Positions 27,110-37,155 of a DNA stretch of 64,000 nucleotides are shown here, piece after piece. The translations under genes and the position numbers were made by a program. Every line of letters starts with the position of its first letter. Position 1 is the first letter of the stretch. Origin of the DNA: an uncultured Bacteroidales bacterium (GTDB lineage Bacteria > Bacteroidota > Bacteroidia > Bacteroidales > PUMT01). The stretch lies in assembly GCA_964421595.1 (NCBI GenBank), contig CAYQXY010000003.1:53053-117052 (forward strand). The letters are read 5' to 3'. The notes under the pieces were generated by a model. It saw nothing but the letters and a program-made list of their open reading frames with translations. It ran no database searches and had not been told where the DNA came from.

Positions 27110-27793
27110 CTAAAGTAGTTTCTTGATATTTTCAGTCACTACATGGCCATCGAAAAGGTGAATTATCCTGTTTGCCTTTTCAGCATCTGATGGTGAATGC
27201 GTTACCATAACAATGGTAGTGCCTTCATCATTTAACTGCTGAAGCAGATTCATCACTTCTTCACCGTTTGCTGAATCAAGATTTCCGGTCGGCTCATCGG
27301 CAAGGATGAGTTTTGGATTTGCTACTACTGCCCGGCAAATTGCAACCCTTTGTTGTTGCCCCCCGGAAAGTTGCTGAGGAAAATGTTTTCTTCGATGGGC
27401 AATCTGCATTCGCTCAAGCACTTTTTCCACTTTCTGCTTTCTCTCAGAAGATGGCATCTTTAGATACAGCAATGGTAATTCAATATTTTCAAAAACTGTA
27501 AGCTCATCAATCAGGTTGAAACTTTGAAAGACAAAGCCGACATTGGATTTCCTGAGTATTGTTCTTTTCCTTTCCGTATACCCTGAAACCTCGGTATCAT
27601 TGAAAAAAAATGCTCCTGAGGAAGGATTGTCCAGAAGCCCAATAATATTGAGCAGGGTAGATTTACCACAACCTGACGGTCCCATTATAGCAACGAACTC
27701 CCCCTTCTTTATTTCAAGGGAAACCTTGTTTAGTGCCGTAGTCTCAACCTCATCGGTCCTGAAGACTTTAGTAAGATCTTTTGTTTTTATCAT
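27110..27793 (-). CDS. ABC transporter ATP-binding protein (MacB/LolD/FtsE-like)
   Basis: Walker A is GPSGCGKST, the signature is LSGGQQQR, Walker B is LILADEPT, and the H-loop is VTHS. Confidence 0.9.
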   Translation of the reverse strand: MIKTKDLTKVFRTDEVETTALNKVSLEIKKGEFVAIMGPSGCGKSTLLNIIGLLDNPSSGAFFFNDTEVSGYTERKRTILRKSNVGFVFQSFNLIDELTVFENIELPLLYLKMPSSERKQKVEKVLERMQIAHRRKHFPQQLSGGQQQRVAICRAVVANPKLILADEPTGNLDSANGEEVMNLLQQLNDEGTTIVMVTHSPSDAEKANRIIHLFDGHVVTENIKKLL

Positions 27794-28192
27794 CCGATGT
27801 AGAATTTTAATTTTCAGTTAATATCTTTTGATCAATATTTTATGAATTATATTCAAAATACCATCTCAAAAATGAACCGGAAGCTGATGAAAATAATATC
27901 AGGCAACTCATCTGCTTATGTATAAATGATTAATATTGCAAAACAAGTCCATATAAAAGTACAAAAACATTTGAATAGAGACCGGTTCTTTATAAATTAA
28001 ATTCGCTTCCATATTCAGACGTACGAATTTAAGGATGGTTACAATAATAGCCACCCTTTCTACTTTCCAGAAAAGCGTTGACTTTTTTTAAAGAAGAAAT
28101 ATATATTTTCGGCATTAATTACTACCTTGCTGCTTAATTAACCGTTCAAAAATGAAATTTGATGCGGTGAAGGAGAATGATTTGGATTAAAG

Positions 28193-28591
28193 ATGCCTGT
28201 AATAATGGACAAACCCGGAAAACTGATCTTTATGGTTGATGACGATAAAGTTATCCTTAACCTTCTTGAATATGTCTTCCAGAGTAAAAACGGCTACAAT
28301 ATAAAGACATTTTTCTCAGGCGAAGATTGCCTGAAAAATATGAATCTGAACCCCGATCTCGTGGTACTTGACTACATCTTAAACGAGAAGGACAAAACAA
28401 ATATGAACGGACTGGAAACTCTCAAAAAACTTCTTGAAAAAGATAAAGATCTTCCCGTAATAATATTATCAGGTCAGACAGATGATCATATCGGTCAACT
28501 GATGCTCAGGTCAGGGGCGAAGCAGGTGCTGAAGAAAGATGATTTTTTTGTTGACAGGCTGGAGAAGTACATTGCCTGTGAAATAGGATAA
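28193..28591 (+). CDS. single-domain response regulator (CheY-like receiver)
   Basis: Receiver motifs are present: MVDDD, the acceptor region LVVLDYIL, and PVIILSG. There is no output domain. Confidence 0.8.
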   Translation: MPVIMDKPGKLIFMVDDDKVILNLLEYVFQSKNGYNIKTFFSGEDCLKNMNLNPDLVVLDYILNEKDKTNMNGLETLKKLLEKDKDLPVIILSGQTDDHIGQLMLRSGAKQVLKKDDFFVDRLEKYIACEIG

Positions 28592-28718
28592 ATTAATATC
28601 CGGGAATTACCAAAGGCTCCACCGAAAATGCTTGCCATTTACCTCAGGTACGCAATCTTATCAGAGGTACACGGAAAGCTTCTCAGCTATTTTTCTTTTT
28701 TTATTTAATATTTAATTA

Positions 28719-28726
28719 TACTTTTG
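28719..28726 (+). promoter_or_regulatory. candidate -7 box TACTTTTG for the yceD-rpmF-plsX operon
   Basis: It matches TAnnTTTG and lies 19 nt upstream of the ATG at 28745. It overlaps the TTG start used in the ORF track, which argues against that start. Confidence 0.4.
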
Positions 28727-28744
28727 CACGATCATTTTTCTGAG

Positions 28745-29266
28745 ATGCCAGCTTTTATTGAGCAATACAGCATACTGTTCAAAAGCTTGAGTACCGGGGT
28801 TCATAGTTTCAATTTTATGCTGAATACCCGGCTTTTTGAGCATTTTGATAATCCTGAATGCCCGGGAGGGACATTCAGTGTTGATTTGGAACTGGATAAA
28901 AAGAGCCATTTACTCTCTTTGTCCTTTACTTTTTCTGGCGAGGCTACAGTAATATGTGACAGGTGCCTTGACGAATTCAGTCTCCCGCTGGAATTCAATT
29001 CAAGGCTTTTTGTCAGGTTTGGAGAAGAAGTGATGGAAACAGACGCAGATGTGATTTACCTTGATCCGAATGAATATAAACTCAATGTGGCCGAATATTT
29101 ATTCGAAACCATTTGTCTGAATCTTCCTGTAAAAAGGGTTCACAAAAGCATTGAGAATTGCAACAAGGAAATGATTAGTAAACTGGACAAACACAGAATA
29201 AATCCTGATGAAAAAGGAACTGATCCCAGATGGGATTCCCTCAGGGATATAAAGAATAAAAATTGA
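28745..29266 (+). CDS. yceD: YceD/DUF177 family protein
   Basis: The CDRCLDEF motif is present. The gene holds the conserved position immediately upstream of rpmF and plsX. Confidence 0.8.
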   Translation: MPAFIEQYSILFKSLSTGVHSFNFMLNTRLFEHFDNPECPGGTFSVDLELDKKSHLLSLSFTFSGEATVICDRCLDEFSLPLEFNSRLFVRFGEEVMETDADVIYLDPNEYKLNVAEYLFETICLNLPVKRVHKSIENCNKEMISKLDKHRINPDEKGTDPRWDSLRDIKNKN

Positions 29267-29285
29267 TTAACTAATAACTACTGAA

Positions 29286-29471
29286 ATGGCACATCCCAAA
29301 AGAAAGATCTCGAAAACAAGAAGAAATAAAAGAAGGACTCACTATAAGGCCATAGTTCCAACAATGTCAACTTGCCAGAATTGTGGAACCACTGTTTTGT
29401 ACCACAGGGTTTGTGGCGAATGCGGATATTATCGCGGAAAACTGGCAATTGAAAAGGCAGCAGTTTCCTAA
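29286..29471 (+). CDS. rpmF: 50S ribosomal protein L32
   Basis: MAHPKRKISKTRRNKRRTHYK is followed by a CxxC...CxxC zinc ribbon. Length is 61 aa. Confidence 0.95.
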   Translation: MAHPKRKISKTRRNKRRTHYKAIVPTMSTCQNCGTTVLYHRVCGECGYYRGKLAIEKAAVS

Positions 29472-29642
29472 GCCGGAACAGAAGCCGGCAGAATGCCCGG
29501 ACAAATCCGATTATTTTCGCCTAATGAAACTGCTATTTTCCAATATCGTAAAATGATTCTCCCGGATGGATCTCCCTTACATTATTATTTATTGTCAGGG
29601 CGATCCTTTCAAATATATTTAACTAACTAATTCCGGAATAAA

Positions 29643-30584
29643 ATGAAAATTGCCCTGGATGCCATGGGAGGTGATTATGCCCCTGAAGCAACTGTAATGG
29701 GAGCAATTGTTGCTTCCTCAATCCTTCCTGAAAATGTTAAGATAGTGCTGATTGGCGACAAGGAAAAGATCCTTGAAATAACCAGTCGGGAGAATTTTGA
29801 TCACTCAGTATTTGACATTGTTCATGCTGATGAAGTGATAACTATGGGAGACCATCCTGCCAAAGCATTTTCTAAAAAGACAAAATCCAGCATTGTTACA
29901 GGATTTGGAATGCTAACCTCCGGAAAGGTCGATGCTTTCGCAAGTTGTGGGAATACAGGTGCAATGATGGTAGGCGCAATGTTTATGGTGAAATCAATTC
30001 CCGGAGTTATACGCCCCTGCATCTCAGCACAAGTGCCAAATATTGCCGGCGGCTCTTCAACTTTGCTGGATGTTGGCATAAATCCTGATTGCAGGCCTGA
30101 TGTACTGTATCAGTATGGAATACTGGGGTCTCTTTACGCTCAGTATGTTTTTCATATTGATAAGCCAAAAGTTTGTTTGCTCAACCTTGGTTCGGAAGAA
30201 GAAAAGGGGAACCTGATCACAAAAGCTACGCATGAGCTCATGAAGGGATCTCAGGATTTTAATTTTGCCGGCAACATTGAGGGTAATGAACTTTTTAATG
30301 AAGGCAAATCAGATGTGATTGTTTGTGAAGGGTTTGTAGGCAATGTAATTCTTAAGGAGGCGGAAGCCTTTTACACATTGTTAAAAAGAAGGAAAATTGA
30401 CGACGATTATTTCGAACGGTTTAATTTTGAAAATTACGGGGGGACACCCATACTGGGAATTAACCAGCCAGTGATAATTGGTCATGGAATTTCGAATTCT
30501 ACTGCTATAAAGAACCTGCTTATTCATGCAAAAGATGTTGTTGAAGCCGGACTGATCGATAAGTTCAAGGAAGCTTTCAGATAA
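29643..30584 (+). CDS. plsX: phosphate acyltransferase PlsX
   Basis: The protein starts MKIALDAMGGDYAP and contains the GNTGA motif. Length is 313 aa. Confidence 0.95.
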   Translation: MKIALDAMGGDYAPEATVMGAIVASSILPENVKIVLIGDKEKILEITSRENFDHSVFDIVHADEVITMGDHPAKAFSKKTKSSIVTGFGMLTSGKVDAFASCGNTGAMMVGAMFMVKSIPGVIRPCISAQVPNIAGGSSTLLDVGINPDCRPDVLYQYGILGSLYAQYVFHIDKPKVCLLNLGSEEEKGNLITKATHELMKGSQDFNFAGNIEGNELFNEGKSDVIVCEGFVGNVILKEAEAFYTLLKRRKIDDDYFERFNFENYGGTPILGINQPVIIGHGISNSTAIKNLLIHAKDVVEAGLIDKFKEAFR

Positions 30585-30758
30585 TTATCCGGGCCCGGGC
30601 AACTATAGCCCAAATTGCGGAAAAATTGACCGGATATTTTCTAACTAATGGTTAAACATCCAAAAAGGTCGGTATTTGAACAATAAATATTATATTTTTA
30701 CTGTATTGTTATTGTTATTTTTTCACCCCGATTACTAATTCAGCAATTTTTAATAATA

Positions 30759-31187
30759 ATGTTTAATAAAATAAACCGCAATACAATGGCCAAAATTAAT
30801 GAAAATGATTCCAATGTAATCAATCTTGTTGGTTCAGGAACTGAAATCACAGGAGATGTTAACTGTAGCGGGGATATCCGGATAGACGGCGTTATAAACG
30901 GAAACCTGCATACCAAAGGCAAGGTGGTAATCGGGGAGACAGGAAAAACAAATGGAGAAGTAAACTGCAAAAATGCTGATATATCGGGAAAAATAGAAGG
31001 AAAAATTGTAGTTACTGAACTGCTCTCACTAAAACCCACTGCCCTGATAGTTGGAGATGTTGTTTCGGGTAAACTGGCAATAGAACCCGGTGCCAGGTTT
31101 ACCGGTAACTGCAATATGACAGGACCAGACCCTCGCCCGGTTGCAGCCGAAGAGAGCAAAAAGGTCATTGAACCTGTCAAGAAGTAA
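30759..31187 (+). CDS. bactofilin family polymer-forming protein
   Basis: Repetitive beta-helix motifs are present (ITGDVNCSGDIRIDGVINGNL, GKVVIGETGKTNGEV, ISGKIEGKI, VGDVVSGKLAIEPGARFTG). Confidence 0.8.
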   Translation: MFNKINRNTMAKINENDSNVINLVGSGTEITGDVNCSGDIRIDGVINGNLHTKGKVVIGETGKTNGEVNCKNADISGKIEGKIVVTELLSLKPTALIVGDVVSGKLAIEPGARFTGNCNMTGPDPRPVAAEESKKVIEPVKK

Positions 31188-31361
31188 TTCCATTTGGCTT
31201 ATATTAACCCTCTCCGGAACCAAACTCTCGTTTTCCGCGATTTTTACGAGGCTGGATAAGTTAACTGCTGCTTTTATAGTTGGAGTCATGTAAAAGCATA
31301 ATGAAAAAAATATTTCTATATTAGCGGGGCATAGATTTATTTATCAAGAAAATTAACAGCA

Positions 31362-31742
31362 ATGTCAGCTAAGCTTAAGTTTTTAAATTCCCTGCTTTTT
31401 TTTTCGGCTCTGGTATTCTTAACAGGATATGCTGTTTTCTCTTTACTTCTCAGGGATTATTTTTTACCTGTATCTTTTGTAATTCTGGTTTACTTTATAC
31501 TCCTCACCTTTGCAGGGAGGGTTATCTTACTCAGTGGTAGTACTGAAGCCTCAGGCAACTTCAATATCCGCTACTTCATGGTTCGGTGGATTAAGGTTTT
31601 TTTTCATTTAACATTTATTGTAATATACCTTTTTATCGACCGTGACAATGCATTTGCCTTTATACTGACATTTCTGGCAGCATACATAATATACTCATTA
31701 TTTGACGTTTACACTCTGGGCATTTATCTGAAAAAAAAGTAA
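31362..31742 (+). CDS. hypothetical 4-TM membrane protein preceding atpB (AtpI-like position)
   Basis: A 126-aa hydrophobic ORF. The link to AtpI is positional only. Confidence 0.45.
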   Translation: MSAKLKFLNSLLFFSALVFLTGYAVFSLLLRDYFLPVSFVILVYFILLTFAGRVILLSGSTEASGNFNIRYFMVRWIKVFFHLTFIVIYLFIDRDNAFAFILTFLAAYIIYSLFDVYTLGIYLKKK

Positions 31743-31828
31743 CTTATTTCATTGACAGCCGTAAAAGATAATTACTTTTGCTCATCAGGGCTCACACAAA
31801 AAAGGTGATTTTGATATTTGATGTAAAG

Positions 31829-32896
31829 ATGTTACGGATTTTGCTTATACTGATTTTTGTAAACTTATTATACAGTCAACCTGCTTATACTGCCGAAAGT
31901 ACTTCCGGAGACAAGTTTGATCCGGGAACATTTATTTTCGGTCACATAGCAGATGCATATGACTGGCATTTGTTTACAATATACGGCACTCATTACAGCG
32001 TTCCCCTACCCATAATATTATACAGTCCGGGAAAGGGACTGAATATTTTCATGTCCAGCAAATTTGATCATGGCCACAGTCCATACAGAGGATTCATGAT
32101 CGCCACCGAGGGACCTTCAAAAGGAAAGATAGTTCATGCAAACGGAAATGGCACAGGCGATCCTGAAGGTGCGATTATCATAAACCTGTCAATGACCAAA
32201 AATGTTACCGGGATGCTATTCGCATCACTGCTCATACTTGTCATTTTCATAAGCATCGGACAAAAGTACAGGAAAAATCCTCTGGCTGCCCCAAGCGGCT
32301 TGCAGGGCCTGTTTGAGCCTATAATACTGTTTGTCATGGAAGATATTGTCAGGCCAGCTCTGGGCAGTAAAAAATGTGAGAAATTTTTCCCCTATCTTCT
32401 TACTTTGTTTTTTTTCATATGGATTAACAATATGCTGGGATTAATCCCCATATTTCCAATGGGAGCGAATGTTACCGGGAATATCTCGGTTACAATGGGA
32501 CTTGCACTTACATCGTTCATGGTAATCAACCTGAGCGGAAACAGACAATACTGGCAGCATATTTTTAATACCCCCAATGTGCCGACATTCTTAAAACTGC
32601 CAATACCATTGATGCCTTTAATCGAGGTGATAGGGATGATTACGAAGCCGTTTGTGCTGATGGTACGTTTGTTTGCCAATATCACGGCAGGTCATATAAT
32701 AACCATGGGCTTTTTCAGTTTGATATTTATTTTCGCTGAGGTTTCACCGTCTTTTGGCTACGGAGCAACTTTTCTCTCAGTAGGCTTTGGTATTTTTATT
32801 ACATTTCTTGAATTGCTGGTTGCACTAATCCAGGCGTATGTTTTTACATTGCTTACCTCCCTGTTCATCGGGGCAGCAATTGAAGATGGTCATTGA
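31829..32896 (+). CDS. atpB: F0F1 ATP synthase subunit a
   Basis: The conserved MVRLFANITAGH motif is present and the operon context fits. The ATG at 31829 (MLRILLIL) is preferred over the TTG at 31778. Confidence 0.9.
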   Translation: MLRILLILIFVNLLYSQPAYTAESTSGDKFDPGTFIFGHIADAYDWHLFTIYGTHYSVPLPIILYSPGKGLNIFMSSKFDHGHSPYRGFMIATEGPSKGKIVHANGNGTGDPEGAIIINLSMTKNVTGMLFASLLILVIFISIGQKYRKNPLAAPSGLQGLFEPIILFVMEDIVRPALGSKKCEKFFPYLLTLFFFIWINNMLGLIPIFPMGANVTGNISVTMGLALTSFMVINLSGNRQYWQHIFNTPNVPTFLKLPIPLMPLIEVIGMITKPFVLMVRLFANITAGHIITMGFFSLIFIFAEVSPSFGYGATFLSVGFGIFITFLELLVALIQAYVFTLLTSLFIGAAIEDGH

Positions 32897-32953
32897 TAAT
32901 TATTATTAACTATTTACTATAATTACTATTCGTTATCCTTAAAATTAAAAATT

Positions 32954-33211
32954 ATGCTCGTATTATCTGTAATTCTTCAAGCCACTATGGCTGCTGCTAT
33001 TTCTAAAGTAGGAGCTGCCCTTGGCGCAGCTATCAGCCTCCTGGGGGCAAGCTATGGCATCAGCAAGATCGGGGTTTCGGCCCTTGAGGCAATTGCCCGC
33101 CAACCGGAAGCAGCAGGGGATGTTCGCTCAAACCTGATAGTTGCTGCAGCTTTGATTGAAGGTGTGGCTTTTTTCGCAATAGTAGTGTGTTTGCTTGTAC
33201 TTTTTCTTTAG
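32954..33211 (+). CDS. atpE: F0F1 ATP synthase subunit c
   Basis: A two-helix hairpin with the ARQPE loop and the carboxylate in AAALIEGVAFF. Confidence 0.9.
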   Translation: MLVLSVILQATMAAAISKVGAALGAAISLLGASYGISKIGVSALEAIARQPEAAGDVRSNLIVAAALIEGVAFFAIVVCLLVLFL

Positions 33212-33292
33212 TCAGACTTATCGGGTCCCCGGGATTACCGGGGACAAACCGGTGAATGTTGCCGATTAAAGAAAATCTAAAATACAAATTCA

Positions 33293-33787
33293 ATGGATCT
33301 GATAACTCCTGATTTCGGATTATTTTTCTGGATGCTCGTAACCTTTATGATGGTTTTCATAATCCTGAAAAAATTTGCCTGGAAGCCAATAGTCCAGGCT
33401 CTAAAAGAACGTGAGGAAAATATAAGGGAGGGTATTGAGAATGCTGAGGATGCCAGGAATGAACTTGCAAACGTCAAGGTCAAATCTGATGCATTATTGT
33501 CTGAAGCTGTTGTTGAGCGTGATGAGCTCATCAGGCAGGGAAGGAAGATTAAAGAAAAGATTGTTTCAGAAGCCCGGGCGGAGGCTGAAGCCGAAGCCAG
33601 GAAGATTATAGATGCAGCAAAGAGACTTATAGAAGATGAAAAAGTTGCAGCTATAAACCTTATCAAGGTACAGATTGCCTCATTATCATTGGAGATAGCC
33701 GAAAAGATCCTTCGCAAAAAACTTGAAGATGATGCCTCCCAGAAGGAACTGATGTCCAGTCTGCTGGAAGAATTCAAACTTAACTGA
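33293..33787 (+). CDS. atpF: F0F1 ATP synthase subunit b
   Basis: A single N-terminal TM is followed by a long charged helix. The operon position fits. Confidence 0.85.
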   Translation: MDLITPDFGLFFWMLVTFMMVFIILKKFAWKPIVQALKEREENIREGIENAEDARNELANVKVKSDALLSEAVVERDELIRQGRKIKEKIVSEARAEAEAEARKIIDAAKRLIEDEKVAAINLIKVQIASLSLEIAEKILRKKLEDDASQKELMSSLLEEFKLN

Positions 33788-33807
33788 TTATTGTACTTAT
33801 CCATATC

Positions 33808-34404
33808 ATGAACCAAAGCAAGATCCCTGTCAGGTATGCCAAAGCACTCTTCCTCCTTGGAAAAGAGAAAGGTGTTCTTTCGAACCTTTCTCAGGAAGCA
33901 GGCCAGCTGGCAAAATTCTTCGCAGAAACACCTGTTTTGATGACATGGTTAAGGAGTCCGGTTATAAAAATTGAGGAAAAAAAAGAACTTTTCCATAGCC
34001 GGTTCGAAGGTCAGTTCTCACAATTACTGTTTAGATTTATAGATCTGGTAATAAATAAAAAGCGTGAAAGGTATTTTCCTGACATGCTGAGAAATTTCCT
34101 GAGTTATCAAAAAGCTGATGCAGGTATTAAAACACTGACACTTACAACAGCCGTTAAAGTTGATGATGTATTCAGGCAAAAAGTCAGTCAACTGTTTGTT
34201 CAAAAGGATACTGGCATTGAAATGGTATCAAAGGTAAAACCTTCGTTAATCGGAGGTTTTACAGTACAGGTAGATGATACGCTATATGATGCATCTCTGG
34301 CAACCGAAATTAAAAGGCTTAATAAGGAGCTTACCGGTCAGCTTATGGCAGGAACCGGCAATAAAGAAGTTTCAGATCCGGAGAACATGGAAGGACATGA
34401 ATAA
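33808..34404 (+). CDS. atpH: F0F1 ATP synthase subunit delta (OSCP)
   Basis: The start IPVRYAKALF is typical, and LIGGFTVQVDDTLYDASL is present near the C-terminus. Confidence 0.8.
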   Translation: MNQSKIPVRYAKALFLLGKEKGVLSNLSQEAGQLAKFFAETPVLMTWLRSPVIKIEEKKELFHSRFEGQFSQLLFRFIDLVINKKRERYFPDMLRNFLSYQKADAGIKTLTLTTAVKVDDVFRQKVSQLFVQKDTGIEMVSKVKPSLIGGFTVQVDDTLYDASLATEIKRLNKELTGQLMAGTGNKEVSDPENMEGHE

Positions 34405-34464
34405 CCCGGTATACAATTCGGCGTTAACCGGGAATGAATATGAATAATATTAATATCAAAGGGA

Positions 34465-36063
34465 ATGAGTGAACTAAAACCTGCTGAGGTATCGGAAATT
34501 ATCAAACAGCAGCTTGACGATTTTGATCTGAAGATTGAGCATGAAGAGGTAGGTACCGTTTTGCAGGTAGGCGACGGTATCGCAAGGCTATACGGTCTTT
34601 CCAATGTAAGATCCAATGAGCTGATAGAATTTGAATCAGGAGTGAAGGGTATAGTCCTTAACCTGGAAGAAGACCATGTCGGTGCAGTTTTGCTTGGCAA
34701 TTCCGAAACAATTAATGAAGGTGATATTGCACGGCGTACCGGACAGATAGCTTCGCTTAATGTTGGCGAGGGCTTGCTTGGTCGGGTAATAAACACTCTG
34801 GGCGAGCCAATTGACGGCAAAGGCCGAATTTCAGGCGAATTATACGAACTTCCCTTTGAGAGAAAGGCTCCCGGCGTAATCTACAGGCAACCTGTGTCGG
34901 AACCTTTGCAGACCGGGATAAAGGCCATTGATTCGATGATACCTGTTGGACGCGGACAAAGGGAATTGATAATCGGCGACAGACAAACAGGAAAGACTGC
35001 AATTGCAATAGATACTATACTGAATCAACGGTCTTTTTATGATAAAGGAGAACCGGTATATTGCATTTATGTGGCAATTGGACAAAAAGGCTCTACAATT
35101 GCACAAATTGCAAGGGTTCTTGAGGAAAAAGGTGCTTTGGAGTATACCATTATTGTAGCTGCTACCGCTTCAGATCCTGCTGCATTACAATTCTATGCCC
35201 CTTTCGCCGGGGCTGCCATCGGTGAGTTTTTCCGTGACACAGGAAGGGCTGCCCTGATAATTTATGATGACCTTTCAAAGCAGGCTGTATCCTATCGTGA
35301 AGTTTCATTACTTTTGCGTCGCCCGCCGGGCAGGGAAGCCTATCCTGGTGATGTATTTTACCTCCATTCCCGTCTGCTCGAAAGAGCCGCCAAGATAATC
35401 CAGTCTGATGAGATAGCGGCCCAGATGAATGATTTGCCCGATGTTCTCAGGCCAATTGTTAAAGGAGGAGGCTCTCTTACCGCCCTGCCTATAATTGAGA
35501 CCCAGGCAGGTGATGTCTCGGCATACATTCCTACAAATGTAATATCTATTACCGACGGACAGATCTTTCTTGACAGCAACCTGTTTAATGCAGGGGTCAG
35601 GCCGGCCATCAATGTCGGAATATCTGTATCCCGTGTAGGGGGAAGGGCGCAGATAAATTCTATGAAGAAAGTAGCAGGGACACTGAAACTTGACCAGGCG
35701 CAATACAGGGAACTGGAAGCTTTTTCCAAGTTCGGTTCTGACCTTGATCCAGCCACAATGGCTGTGTTAAATAAAGGTTCAAGGAATGTTGAGATCCTGA
35801 AGCAGGATCAGTATAAACCTATGACTGTCGGCAAGCAGGTTGCCATAATATATTGCGGAACACGGGGCTGGCTTAATGAACTCCCTGTAGAGAAAATTAA
35901 ACAGTTTGAATCAGAATTTCTGAATCATCTTGAGAATACGGTTCCTGATGTGCTTGATAACCTCAAATCGGGAATTTGGAATGAAGATATCATAAAACAA
36001 CTTGAGCTTTCAGCCAAGGAAGTAGCCGATAGATTTATCATAAAAAAACCGGCAGGTATATAA
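34465..36063 (+). CDS. atpA: F0F1 ATP synthase subunit alpha
   Basis: Walker A is GDRQTGKT. Other alpha-subunit blocks are conserved. Confidence 0.95.
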   Translation: MSELKPAEVSEIIKQQLDDFDLKIEHEEVGTVLQVGDGIARLYGLSNVRSNELIEFESGVKGIVLNLEEDHVGAVLLGNSETINEGDIARRTGQIASLNVGEGLLGRVINTLGEPIDGKGRISGELYELPFERKAPGVIYRQPVSEPLQTGIKAIDSMIPVGRGQRELIIGDRQTGKTAIAIDTILNQRSFYDKGEPVYCIYVAIGQKGSTIAQIARVLEEKGALEYTIIVAATASDPAALQFYAPFAGAAIGEFFRDTGRAALIIYDDLSKQAVSYREVSLLLRRPPGREAYPGDVFYLHSRLLERAAKIIQSDEIAAQMNDLPDVLRPIVKGGGSLTALPIIETQAGDVSAYIPTNVISITDGQIFLDSNLFNAGVRPAINVGISVSRVGGRAQINSMKKVAGTLKLDQAQYRELEAFSKFGSDLDPATMAVLNKGSRNVEILKQDQYKPMTVGKQVAIIYCGTRGWLNELPVEKIKQFESEFLNHLENTVPDVLDNLKSGIWNEDIIKQLELSAKEVADRFIIKKPAGI

Positions 36064-36081
36064 GAGCTGTAAAAATAATAA

Positions 36082-36975
36082 ATGGCCAATCTTAAAGAAA
36101 TACGGACAAGGATCAGTTCTGTTTCATCAACAAGACAGATCACCAGTGCCATGAAAATGGTATCGGCAGCAAAGCTGAGAAAGTCTCAGGACGCAATAAT
36201 CCAGATGCGGCCATATGCATTGAAGCTTCATCAGATCCTTAACCATTGTCAGATGTGCATGCCAAATCGCGAGACCCCATACTATTCCCATCGCGAAATC
36301 AAGAAAGTTCTCATCATTGTAATAGGTTCAAACAGGGGTCTTTGTGGCGCATTCAATATTAATGTCTCAAAAAAAGCTATTGCACTAATTGATAAGACTT
36401 ATCGCGCATTGGCCTCCAAAGGCAAGGTTGATATTTTTTGTATTGGAAAAAAAGCAGAAGAGTATTTGCGGTCAAAAGAATTCAAAGTTACAAGGTCGAG
36501 AAATGACCTGCTTGATGATCTGAACTTCGAACAGGTAAATCCATTTATTCAGAGCCTTTTGGATAGTTTCACAGGAGGCACATATGACAGGATTGAGATA
36601 GTGTATAACCAGTTTAAAAACGCCGCAGTTCAGATAGTCACCCATGAAACATTCCTGCCTATTAGTCCGCCCCAGGAATTCAGCACACCACAGGAGATCG
36701 AAACAGCAAGGCACAGTTATATAATTGAACCCTCAGAAGATTTTATGGTGGAGCGTCTTATGCCGAAGGTCCTCAAAACCGAATTTTATAAGGCCCTTCT
36801 TGATTCAGCAGCCTCTGAGTTTGGAGCCAGAATGACCTCTATGCACAAGGCTACCGACAATGCAGACGAGCTGATAAGGGAACTCCGCATGCAGTACAAT
36901 AAAGCCCGGCAGTCAAGTATAACAAATGAGATTATTGAGATAGTAGGGGGAGCCGAAGCATTAAGTAATAAGTAA
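36082..36975 (+). CDS. atpG: F0F1 ATP synthase subunit gamma
   Basis: The N-terminus is MANLKEIRTRISSVSSTRQITSAMKMVSAAKLRK. The C-terminus contains ITNEIIEIVGGAEAL. Confidence 0.9.
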   Translation: MANLKEIRTRISSVSSTRQITSAMKMVSAAKLRKSQDAIIQMRPYALKLHQILNHCQMCMPNRETPYYSHREIKKVLIIVIGSNRGLCGAFNINVSKKAIALIDKTYRALASKGKVDIFCIGKKAEEYLRSKEFKVTRSRNDLLDDLNFEQVNPFIQSLLDSFTGGTYDRIEIVYNQFKNAAVQIVTHETFLPISPPQEFSTPQEIETARHSYIIEPSEDFMVERLMPKVLKTEFYKALLDSAASEFGARMTSMHKATDNADELIRELRMQYNKARQSSITNEIIEIVGGAEALSNK

Positions 36976-37155
36976 GTATCTGCCGTGAGTATCAACAACC
37001 CTTAGCCCGGGGAAACAGCTCACATCGATTGATCAGGTTATACTTTCCGGCTATGAAAAGTTTCTTTAACAACTCCCGGATTAAGGATTTCAGGTCTGCA
37101 CTTAATAGTTTCTATTATTGGCTCATTGCCGCAAAAGTTCCTTCTGACAAGTTTT

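Noticed and set aside
31141-31290. Small AtpZ/AtpI-like ORF between bactofilin and the 4-TM ORF
   Set aside because: The only open frame (…SIWLILTLSGTKLSFSAIFTRLDKLTAAFIVGVM*) has no ATG start and no two-TM AtpZ pattern, and it overlaps the bactofilin 3' end.
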